Of a stretch of DNA of 43,140 nucleotides, positions 1 to 7,599 are shown in pieces (the first letter of the stretch is position 1; the number at the start of each line of letters is the position of its first letter). The stretch spans positions 1-43,140 of the IMG/VR virus record IMGVR_UViG_3300037419_001006. One strand, 5' to 3'. Source of the DNA: a virus. Its lineage: Duplodnaviria > Caudoviricetes. Both the position numbers and the translations under genes were made by a program. Under the pieces are notes generated by a model. The model was not told the DNA's origin and did no database searches. It was given only the letters and a program-made list of their open reading frames with translations.

Positions 1-229
1 ACTACGACGAGGCATTCAATGCCTTCGAGCAGGCGGTCCAGGCCAATCCTCGCCTGGCCCATGAAATGGCTCAGGCGGCCGATCCCGGTGAGTTCGCTTA
101 CCGCAAGGGAAAGACCGCGCTTGAGATCCAGAAAGTGGGTTCGATCGACGAACTGCGCGCCCAAATCCGAGCAGAGCTGGAGCAGGAGGCCCGCAAGGTC
201 ATCCAGCCTCAGTTTCCTTCAACAACCGC
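1..229 (+). repeat. Terminal direct repeat (229 bp), copy of 42912-43140; circular-assembly overlap
   Basis: 1-229 matches 42912-43140 except C128 vs T43039 (synonymous ATC/ATT); the repeat lies inside the scaffold gene. Confidence 0.95.
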
Positions 230-305
230 CGCCGATGGTTCGGTTGGTGGGCGAGCCGGCCCCGAATGGAGCGGGCCTCAACCATTGAGCCAGATCATCA
301 GATAG
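1..305 (+). CDS. C-terminal part of the putative scaffolding protein (continues from 42437 across the circular junction)
   Basis: ORF 66..305 is in frame with ATG 42437 after circularisation; sits between portal and capsid genes. Confidence 0.75.
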   Translation, partial: YDEAFNAFEQAVQANPRLAHEMAQAADPGEFAYRKGKTALEIQKVGSIDELRAQIRAELEQEARKVIQPQFPSTTAADGSVGGRAGPEWSGPQPLSQIIR

Positions 306-379
306 TCAGTAACACTGATGCCACGCCGTGAGGCGTCGCGTCCCAGTGCCCCTTCGGGGGCCAGAAGGAATTTCTCACC

Positions 380-1519
380 ATGGACACAGTGACCGCAACG
401 GGCCTTAACGCCCAGCAGTGGGACGACAAGTTCTTCGTCCAGTACATCCAGGAGGGGCCATTCCGTGACATGTACGGCACGGACGAGACCTCCATCATCC
501 AGCTCAAGGAAAACCTCGGCAAGGGAACGGGTGACTCCATTTCCATCGCCCTGGTCAACCGGCTGACCAACGCGCCGACCACCGGCTCCAACGTCCTCGA
601 AGGCAACGAAGAGGATTTGGCAAGCCGGTCGTTCCGCATCTACATCGACAAGGTTCGCAATGCCATTCGCATCGCGGAGATGGAGGAGATCAAGTCCTCG
701 ATCGACCTTCGCGATGCGGGACGCGCTTCGCTGATGACGTGGGCCAAGGAGTATACCCGCGACAAGTTCATCACCGAGCTGGGTTCGCTGGCGAGCACCG
801 GCACCAACAGTGTCGCGTTCGTCAACCGCACTGCGGCGATTGGTGATGCGTGGCTGGTGAACAACCTCGACCGCGTTTATTTCGGCGCGGGCGTGGGTTC
901 GGGCACCGACCTGTCGGCCGACCTGGCGCAGTTGGACACCACCAACGACCTGTTCAACAACACCGCGTTGGACGGGATGATCCTCAAGGCGAAGACCTGT
1001 AACCCGAAAATCCGCCCGATCCGGGACGAGAAGGACGGCCGGCGCTACTACGTCGCTCTGGCCAACCCCTACGCGTTCAAGAACCTGCGGGATTCGATCG
1101 ACACCGAAGTCCTGGCGATCACCAACGTCCAGGCGCAGGCCGCCAAGCTGTTCGAGGGTGGCGACATCCACTGGAACGGCGTGATCATCAAGGAAGTGGA
1201 CGACATCCCGATCTACACCAACATCGGGGCGTCGGGCACTGCCGAAGTCACGCCGGTTTACCTGATGGGCGCCCAGGCGCTCGCGATGGTTCACGGCAAG
1301 CGGTGGAAGTCGATGACCAAGGAGTTCGATTACGGCGACAAGTACGGCGTCGCGATCGAGGCCATCATGGGCCAGCGCAAGGTCATCTTCGGCACGGGCA
1401 CTGCGGACACGCAAACGCCCAAGGATCACGGTGTCGTGACTGGCTTCTTCGCCACCACGGGCGCCGGGACCGCCAATGGCCTGAACGCCTCGTCCGGCAC
1501 CTCCGCCGAGACGGCCTAA
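380..1519 (+). CDS. Major capsid protein (DUF4043 / N4-gp56-like family)
   Basis: 379 aa; motif LGKGTGDSISIALVNRL...VLEGNEEDL recognised from this family; RBS AAGGA; follows scaffold gene. Confidence 0.85.
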   Translation: MDTVTATGLNAQQWDDKFFVQYIQEGPFRDMYGTDETSIIQLKENLGKGTGDSISIALVNRLTNAPTTGSNVLEGNEEDLASRSFRIYIDKVRNAIRIAEMEEIKSSIDLRDAGRASLMTWAKEYTRDKFITELGSLASTGTNSVAFVNRTAAIGDAWLVNNLDRVYFGAGVGSGTDLSADLAQLDTTNDLFNNTALDGMILKAKTCNPKIRPIRDEKDGRRYYVALANPYAFKNLRDSIDTEVLAITNVQAQAAKLFEGGDIHWNGVIIKEVDDIPIYTNIGASGTAEVTPVYLMGAQALAMVHGKRWKSMTKEFDYGDKYGVAIEAIMGQRKVIFGTGTADTQTPKDHGVVTGFFATTGAGTANGLNASSGTSAETA

Positions 1520-1545
1520 CCCTCCAACTGAAAGGATAGCCTGAG

Positions 1546-2022
1546 ATGGCAACTCTGACTGGCTCGCACGCGGCCGCTTCCTACCCCGTTGGTGGGGCGG
1601 GACAGGCCAACGTGCTTCACGTCGCATGGGGGACATACACCCTTGCGGCGAATCCCGCGCAGAACGACGTGATCGAGTTCTGCAAGGTTCCTGCCGGGGC
1701 CACGGTCATCGGTGGTTTCTTGCAGGGCGCGGACATCGACACGGGCACCGAGGCGTTCGATCTCGACATCGGCTGGGCCAGCAATGGCACGGACTCTGCC
1801 GACACGGACGGCTTCGGCAACTTCGGGGTGATGGACGGCGACGCTGTTTCGCAGTTTCGCCCGGTGGCGGGTATCTATTACCCGTTCGTCAACATCATCC
1901 AGGACAACGGCTTCAAGAAGTTTGCGGCCGAGACCAAGATTATCGGCACGGTCAATGCTGCGGCGAATGCCGGCGGCACTGGCCTGCTGAAGGTCGTGGT
2001 CTTCTACGTCATGGTCGATTGA
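1546..2022 (+). CDS. Virion structural protein (possible capsid decoration protein)
   Basis: 158 aa, Gly/Ala-rich, directly after capsid gene, RBS AAGGA. Confidence 0.6.
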   Translation: MATLTGSHAAASYPVGGAGQANVLHVAWGTYTLAANPAQNDVIEFCKVPAGATVIGGFLQGADIDTGTEAFDLDIGWASNGTDSADTDGFGNFGVMDGDAVSQFRPVAGIYYPFVNIIQDNGFKKFAAETKIIGTVNAAANAGGTGLLKVVVFYVMVD

Positions 2023-2030
2023 TCGTGATT

Positions 2031-2057
2031 GGGCGGGGCTTCGGCTCCGCCCTTTTT
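2031..2057 (+). terminator. Rho-independent terminator
   Basis: GGGCGGGGC-TTCG-GCTCCGCCC followed by a T run. Confidence 0.75.
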
Positions 2058-2070
2058 CATGGAGGGACCA

Positions 2071-2283
2071 ATGAAATTCCGCTTTCTCGGCAATTACACT
2101 GGCGACCGCGATTCGATCACGATGGGCGGCGTCACCTTCCACGACCGCGCTCCGTCCGATGTCACCGATCCGGACCTGATCGAGCGGCTGAAGAAGAACC
2201 CCGAGTTCCACGCGGTCCACGCGCTGGACCACGACGGGGACGGCAAGAAGGGTGGATCGAAGCCCAAGGCCAAGAAGAAATGA
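2071..2283 (+). CDS. Small hypothetical protein with basic C-terminus
   Basis: RBS GGAGG before ATG 2071; 70 aa. Confidence 0.65.
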   Translation: MKFRFLGNYTGDRDSITMGGVTFHDRAPSDVTDPDLIERLKKNPEFHAVHALDHDGDGKKGGSKPKAKKK

Positions 2284-2441
2284 TCGTCCAGCCACCGCCG
2301 ATCATGCCCCAGCTTCCGGACCAGCAATCTCGCTTGGCCCAGATGCTCGCCAATGCCCGCCAGCGGCGGATGAGTTGGGAGCAGGAGAACAACGGCGGCT
2401 TGGCTTCGATGATCCAGCGCTACCCTTACGCGAGGTACTAG
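2280..2441 (+). CDS. Small hypothetical protein (53 aa)
   Basis: ATGA overlap with previous stop; stop abuts next ATG. Confidence 0.5.
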   Translation: MIVQPPPIMPQLPDQQSRLAQMLANARQRRMSWEQENNGGLASMIQRYPYARY

Positions 2442-2765
2442 ATGACCAAGGCCGAGCTGCGAAATCATATCCTCCGGCAGCTTGGCGTTCTCGGGGCTGG
2501 CGAAACCGCGAATGCGGAAGACGCCGAGCTCATGGAAACGATCATCGACAACTGCCAGGACGAGCTTGAGCAGATGGAGGTCGCGACATGGGGCGCGGAT
2601 GACATTCCGGGTTATGCGATCGAGGCGTTCTGCCTCTATTGCAAAGCCTCCGTCACCGCCTTCGGCCAGGAGTACGATCCGCGGCTGAAGAAGCTGGGGC
2701 TTGACCAGCTCCGCTACATCACTGCGGATAAACGGGCGGGCGTTGGAAGAGCCTGTTATTTCTGA
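2442..2765 (+). CDS. Head-tail adaptor (P22 gp4-like)
   Basis: 107 aa helical protein directly upstream of the gp10-like gene; LRQLGVLGAGET N-terminus. Confidence 0.6.
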   Translation: MTKAELRNHILRQLGVLGAGETANAEDAELMETIIDNCQDELEQMEVATWGADDIPGYAIEAFCLYCKASVTAFGQEYDPRLKKLGLDQLRYITADKRAGVGRACYF

Positions 2766-4162
2766 TGGGCAACCTCAGCCTCGTCGGCCCCTCGAACAAC
2801 GGCATTATCGCCAAGGTCGAGAGCCAGCGGTCCATTAACTGGTACCCGGTCAAACCTGAGCGGGAAGGCGAAAAAACCCACCTTCGGGGAAGGCCGGGGC
2901 TGGATTTGCTGGTCACTCTGCCCAAGACGCCTATCCGGGGAGCCCTGGAGTTCGACGACCGGGCGTTCATCGTCGCCGGTACGTCGATTTACGAGGTTTA
3001 CGAGAACGGCGCCTACCACGAATGGGGCCGGATCGCTTCGTTCGAGGGCAAGGTCACGATGGCCTTGCTGCTCAACACCATCGTTATCGGGGACGGCGCG
3101 ACCTATTACGCATTGGATCTGGTCGCCGAGACGGTCACGGTCGTCACCGACGCTCCGAGGGGACGGTTCTGCGTCTTCTTCAACCAGCGGATTTTGTACC
3201 AGGGCGAAAACGGCGAGGTCTTCTATTCCGAACTTAATGACCCGACCAACATTCCCGGCCTCAACTTCTTCACCGCTGAGTCCCTTCCCGACGAGATCGT
3301 GGCGATCACCACCGCCGAAGAGCAAATCCTGCTTCACGGCGCGGATTCGACCGAGCCGTGGTACGACAGCGGGGACGCCGACAATCCATTCGCTCGGGTT
3401 CCGGGCGGAGTGGTCCAGTCCGGTTGCGCCTTTCCCGACACGGCTCTGCGGCTCGATAATTCGGCCTGGTGGGTCGAGAAGGACAAGAACGGTGCCGGGA
3501 TTGTTCGGAGAACCCAAGGAGCGACGCCCATCCGGGTTTCGACCTCGGCGGTTGAGCGGTTCCTACAGTCCGCGACCGATGTTTCGGCTCATTCGTACCA
3601 GGAGGAGGGCCATACCTTCTACGTCCTCAATGCAGATCAGGGGACGTGGGCCTACGACCTGAAAGAGCAGGAGTGGTCCGAGCGGGCGTGGCTGAACCCG
3701 AACAGCGGCTTCCAGGAGCGCGCACGACCCGAGCTTCACGCTTTTGCATTCGGAAAGCACATCGTCACCGACCACGAAAACGGGAAGGTCTATCTCCAGT
3801 CGCTTTCGTACCACGACGACGATGGCGACGAGATCAGGCGGACCCGGATTAGCGCCCATGGGGACACTTCCGGCAAGCAGATCATCGTCGATGAGCTGTT
3901 TCTGGACTTCGCCACTGGCGTTGGATTGGACGGAGTAGGCCAAGGGACGGACCCGCAAGTCATGCTTCGCGTCTCCAAGGACGGGCAGAGCTACGGCAAC
4001 GAGCGCTGGGCCTCCATCGGGAAGATCGGTGAGTACCGCCACCGGGTGAGGTTCTGGCGGCTCGGGAAAGGCACTGACTGGCTGTTCGAGATCAGCGTTT
4101 CCGATCCTGTGTTGAGCGTGTTGATGGGAGGGGACGTTAAGGCGCGGGTTGGCGCGCGATGA
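2765..4162 (+). CDS. Packaged-DNA stabilisation / tail hub protein (P22 gp10-like)
   Basis: 465 aa; motifs AESLPDEI, YQEEGHTFY, VMLRVSKDGQSYGNERW..IGKIGEY..RVRFWRLG. Confidence 0.8.
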   Translation: MGNLSLVGPSNNGIIAKVESQRSINWYPVKPEREGEKTHLRGRPGLDLLVTLPKTPIRGALEFDDRAFIVAGTSIYEVYENGAYHEWGRIASFEGKVTMALLLNTIVIGDGATYYALDLVAETVTVVTDAPRGRFCVFFNQRILYQGENGEVFYSELNDPTNIPGLNFFTAESLPDEIVAITTAEEQILLHGADSTEPWYDSGDADNPFARVPGGVVQSGCAFPDTALRLDNSAWWVEKDKNGAGIVRRTQGATPIRVSTSAVERFLQSATDVSAHSYQEEGHTFYVLNADQGTWAYDLKEQEWSERAWLNPNSGFQERARPELHAFAFGKHIVTDHENGKVYLQSLSYHDDDGDEIRRTRISAHGDTSGKQIIVDELFLDFATGVGLDGVGQGTDPQVMLRVSKDGQSYGNERWASIGKIGEYRHRVRFWRLGKGTDWLFEISVSDPVLSVLMGGDVKARVGAR

Positions 4163-4584
4163 GCCAACGAGATTTCTCGATCCGCCCCGACCTGCAAAGG
4201 CTCGGGGTGCCGGAACGAACCATCCGCGTTCTGGAGAAAGCCGCCGAGCTTACGCAGCTCATTCAGGATGCTGCCGACCTGCAAAGCGCGGTCGAGGATA
4301 TTTCGGAGGAGCAGGAAGACCAGAACATCTCCCTAATCAGCCTCGATGCGCGGCTTGACGTTTTCGAAGCCCTCGACCCGTTCGTAAGGCAAGACCAGAC
4401 GGCGGCTTGGACAGCGGCAACGGGGACAGAGGCCAGAACTGCTTTAGCGGCCTACGCCGGCCAGACGATTTCAAATCCGCCAACGCAAGCGGAAGTCCAG
4501 ACACTCGACGATGCGGTGAAGGCGATCGGCCAGCACCTTGTGGCGCTCATCAATGATGCGAAGGCCAACGGGACGCTGACCTGA
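4159..4584 (+). CDS. Putative tail needle / coiled-coil virion protein
   Basis: Heptad-like helical sequence in the P22 gp26 position. Confidence 0.45.
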   Translation: MSQRDFSIRPDLQRLGVPERTIRVLEKAAELTQLIQDAADLQSAVEDISEEQEDQNISLISLDARLDVFEALDPFVRQDQTAAWTAATGTEARTALAAYAGQTISNPPTQAEVQTLDDAVKAIGQHLVALINDAKANGTLT

Positions 4585-5561
4585 TGACAATGACACCCGA
4601 CGCCATGCTGAGCTTCAAGCGGCAATATGTCGCCGATTCGTTGATGCGGGCGGCACCGCTGGAGGTGACGGTCACGAACCCCGGCGGAAGTAGCGGGGGG
4701 CTGACCAACACCGAGCTGCGCGCTTCGCCGGTTCCGATCTCGGGGACGGTCACGGCCAATGTTGGGACGGTGGCAGTCACTGGCCCTCTGACTGACGCAC
4801 AGCTTCGCAATTCAGCGATCAGCGTCACGTTCACCAATTCAAGTTTGGGGGTCACTGGGCCGTTAACAGACGCGCAGTTACGCGCGGCGGCTTTGCCGAT
4901 CAGCGCAGCGGCTCTCCCGCTTCCGAGCGGCGCGGCGACCGAAACAACGCTCGGCAGCGTGAATACCAAGACACCTGCGCTGGGGCAGGCAGCAATGGCG
5001 TCCTCATCGCCAGTTGTTATCGCATCGAATCAGTCGGCAGTCCCGGTTTCAGGCACAGTGACGGCAAATGCTGGCTCGGGAACGATGGCGGTGAGGGACT
5101 TAAAAGACGCTGGCCGATCGTCTCTGGCGATGACTGCCGAATTTACGTTCGCGCAGACCGCCGAGACATTGCTGACCATGACGTTCTCGGCGGATGGGGC
5201 GGCGACCAGCACTTTCTCGAGCCGCGTTGTTACCAGCGGCAAGACGATGCGCTTCCAGCAGGTGATGATCGAGCTGGAAAGCCTCGGGTCCGGTACTGCA
5301 CCTCAACGGGCATATTTGAGGCTGCGACGGAACAACTCTGGGGCGACCACGGCCTCAAGCCCTCTTCAGTCGGTGTGGTCGTGCGTCAACTCAACCGCAG
5401 TCGTCAAATCGGGGAACCAGGTCGCGTTCGACATCCCGGATGGGCTGGAGATCGTCGGGGACGGCACAAAGACATTCGGCTTCACGCTCGAAACACCGGA
5501 TTGGGTGGCGACCACGGCAACGGGCCGGGCGAAGATCACGGTTATCGGCTTTGAGTATTGA
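4584..5561 (+). CDS. Putative tail fibre / needle-tip protein with internal repeats
   Basis: Ser/Thr/Ala-rich; GPLTDAQLR twice plus GLTNTELR; P(I/V)SGTVTAN twice. Confidence 0.55.
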   Translation: MTMTPDAMLSFKRQYVADSLMRAAPLEVTVTNPGGSSGGLTNTELRASPVPISGTVTANVGTVAVTGPLTDAQLRNSAISVTFTNSSLGVTGPLTDAQLRAAALPISAAALPLPSGAATETTLGSVNTKTPALGQAAMASSSPVVIASNQSAVPVSGTVTANAGSGTMAVRDLKDAGRSSLAMTAEFTFAQTAETLLTMTFSADGAATSTFSSRVVTSGKTMRFQQVMIELESLGSGTAPQRAYLRLRRNNSGATTASSPLQSVWSCVNSTAVVKSGNQVAFDIPDGLEIVGDGTKTFGFTLETPDWVATTATGRAKITVIGFEY

Positions 5562-5983
5562 TGATTTACCGAGCGACGGACGCCAGCATCCACAACGCAA
5601 TAGCCAGTCACCCAGAAGTCGAACCTACCATCAATTATTCCAAGCACGCGGCAGATTTCTCACCGCTGTTCGAGCATCCTGACGACTACATCCTTCTTCA
5701 CGACGGCAACGGAGCGGCTTCGATCTTTGAATGGTCGGCGCCGGGAGTGTGGCAGGGGCACAGCCTTTATCTCCCCGAAGCGAGAGGCAAGGCGGGGCTT
5801 CAGTCCGGCAGGGACATGATCGCCTGGATGTTCGACGAGGGCGCCCGGATGGTCTGGGGTCAGACCCCACTGGAGAACAGGGCCGCACGGATGTTCAACC
5901 GCCTGATTGGCGGGAAGTCGGGAGGAACCGGCGTTCACCATGTCGTTGGGCCGGTTGAATACTTCATTTTCGAGAGGAAATAG
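5558..5983 (+). CDS. GNAT-fold virion assembly protein (P22 gp14 / DUF2824-like)
   Basis: GHSLYLPEARGK...TPLENRAARMF; lies just before the ejection proteins. Confidence 0.6.
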   Translation: MMIYRATDASIHNAIASHPEVEPTINYSKHAADFSPLFEHPDDYILLHDGNGAASIFEWSAPGVWQGHSLYLPEARGKAGLQSGRDMIAWMFDEGARMVWGQTPLENRAARMFNRLIGGKSGGTGVHHVVGPVEYFIFERK

Positions 5984-5984
5984 G

Positions 5985-6578
5985 ATGCCGGCAGGCGCAA
6001 TCATCGGCGGCGGTGCCTCGATCCTTGGAGGCATTCTCGGCGGCAAGGGAGCAAAAAAGGCCGCGAAGGCTCAGGTCAAGCTCGGCCGCGAAGCGCTCGC
6101 CTTGCAGAGCAAGATGTTCGAGGAAGGCCGCGCCGACCTCGCCCCTTGGCGAGAGGCTGGAGGGCAGGCGATTGGCCAAGGGCTGGCGATGCTCCAGCCC
6201 GGCTACGACTATACCACGTCTCCCGGCTACCAGTTCCGCTTTGGCGAAGGGCAAAGAGCCGTTGAATCGGGAGCTGCATCGAAGGGCATGTTGATGTCCG
6301 GCGGCACGCTCAAGGATTTGACCCGCTTCGGGCAGGGAGTCGCAGCCGCCGACTTCAACGACCAGTTCAACCGCGTCATGTCCGTCGCCTCGGGTGGGCA
6401 GCAGGCGGCGACCTCGACGGCCGGGCTGGGCCAGAATTACGCCAACAGCGCGAGCGGCATTCTCCAGGGGATCGGACAAGCCAAAGCTTCCGGATATGCG
6501 GGCCAGAACCAGGCGATCCAGGGGACGCTCGGCAATCTCGCCAGCATTTTCGGCATGTACGGCGGATTCGGAGGCTAA
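5985..6578 (+). CDS. DNA ejection protein (P22 gp7-like)
   Basis: Gly/Ala-rich N-terminus AIIGGGASILGG, SPGYQFR, SGGTLKDL motifs; RBS GAGG. Confidence 0.7.
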   Translation: MPAGAIIGGGASILGGILGGKGAKKAAKAQVKLGREALALQSKMFEEGRADLAPWREAGGQAIGQGLAMLQPGYDYTTSPGYQFRFGEGQRAVESGAASKGMLMSGGTLKDLTRFGQGVAAADFNDQFNRVMSVASGGQQAATSTAGLGQNYANSASGILQGIGQAKASGYAGQNQAIQGTLGNLASIFGMYGGFGG

Positions 6579-6581
6579 CGG

Positions 6582-7256
6582 ATGCCTGATCCAAGCGCCT
6601 TCGCGCCGTTCGATTTCGCCCAGTCCTATGGGCGTGGGCTACAGGTCCGCGAGATGCAGGAGCAGCAGCAGAACAAGCGGCGCCTGGCTGATCTTCTGCC
6701 CCGCGCCGTTGCTGGTGACAAGGCGGCTATCCAGCAGATCGCGCAAGTCGATCCCCGGCTGTTCATGCAGTTGGACGAGCGCCAGCGGGCACAGGCCAAG
6801 GCCGAGCTCGATGACGTTTCAGGTGCCGTAAGATGGGCGCTCAGCGATCCCGCGACGAAGGCGCAGCGCTGGAACCAGGTGGTCGATTATTACAGCCGTC
6901 ACCTTCCGGAAGTGGCGCAATATCGCGACCACCCGGAAATGGCCGAAAGCGCGCTGATGCAGCTTGGCCAGATCGGCGAATACCTTAAGGACGCGCCGAA
7001 GCCGGAATATAAGGCGATCGAGGCCGGCGGGAGCCTGATCGACGTGTCTGGCGGCAAGCCGCATGTCGTCATCGCTCCGAATCCGGGCGGGTACGATACG
7101 GGTTCTCCAGTCCAGAACGTCCCTCCGGGCGCAATCGACATGCTCAGGTCCAACCCGAGCCTCGCACCGCAGTTCGATGAGAAATACGGCCCCGGCGCGG
7201 CCCAGAAAATCCTCGGAGGTCAGACGCCGCCCGCGTCTGGCGGGTTTCCACGTTAG
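6582..7256 (+). CDS. Putative DNA ejection protein (P22 gp20 position)
   Basis: Gln/Ala-rich helical protein between gp7-like and large ejection genes. Confidence 0.55.
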   Translation: MPDPSAFAPFDFAQSYGRGLQVREMQEQQQNKRRLADLLPRAVAGDKAAIQQIAQVDPRLFMQLDERQRAQAKAELDDVSGAVRWALSDPATKAQRWNQVVDYYSRHLPEVAQYRDHPEMAESALMQLGQIGEYLKDAPKPEYKAIEAGGSLIDVSGGKPHVVIAPNPGGYDTGSPVQNVPPGAIDMLRSNPSLAPQFDEKYGPGAAQKILGGQTPPASGGFPR

Positions 7257-7260
7257 CCAG

Positions 7261-7599
7261 GTGATGCCCGCGTTGATCGACCAGGAAAGCGGCGGCGACG
7301 GTACGGCGCTGAGCCCGAAGGGGGCGATGGGATCGACCCAGATGCTCCCCGGCACGGCTCACCAAATGGCCCAGAAGCTCGGCCTGCCGTTCCGGCCTGA
7401 TCTGTTGCGCTCGAAGGCTCCTGAAGCGCTGCAATACCAGCGGCGGCTCGGCGAGGCGTACCTTCAGGAGGGTCTGGAAGCGACCGGTAATCTCCGGGAC
7501 GCCCTGCACTACTACCACGGCGGTCCCGACCGCAGACAGTGGGGACAGAAGACCCGAGCCTATGCAAATTCGATCATTCGCCGATTGGGGGGAAACTGA
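7261..7599 (+). CDS. Lytic transglycosylase (SLT) domain, virion-associated; start uncertain, possibly fused by frameshift
   Basis: LIDQESGG...SPKGAMGSTQMLPGTA...ALHYYHGGP...TRAYANSI, the SLT catalytic-Glu motifs. Confidence 0.8.
   Translation: MMPALIDQESGGDGTALSPKGAMGSTQMLPGTAHQMAQKLGLPFRPDLLRSKAPEALQYQRRLGEAYLQEGLEATGNLRDALHYYHGGPDRRQWGQKTRAYANSIIRRLGGN

Noticed and set aside
1-229. Biological direct terminal repeat of the virion DNA
   Set aside because: It falls mid-gene in a P22-like genome; an assembly overlap is more likely
278-1636. Long antisense ORFs (278-1636, 7560-8822, 29975-30727, 39189-39905 and others)
   Set aside because: Shadow frames of real high-GC genes on the opposite strand; no motifs
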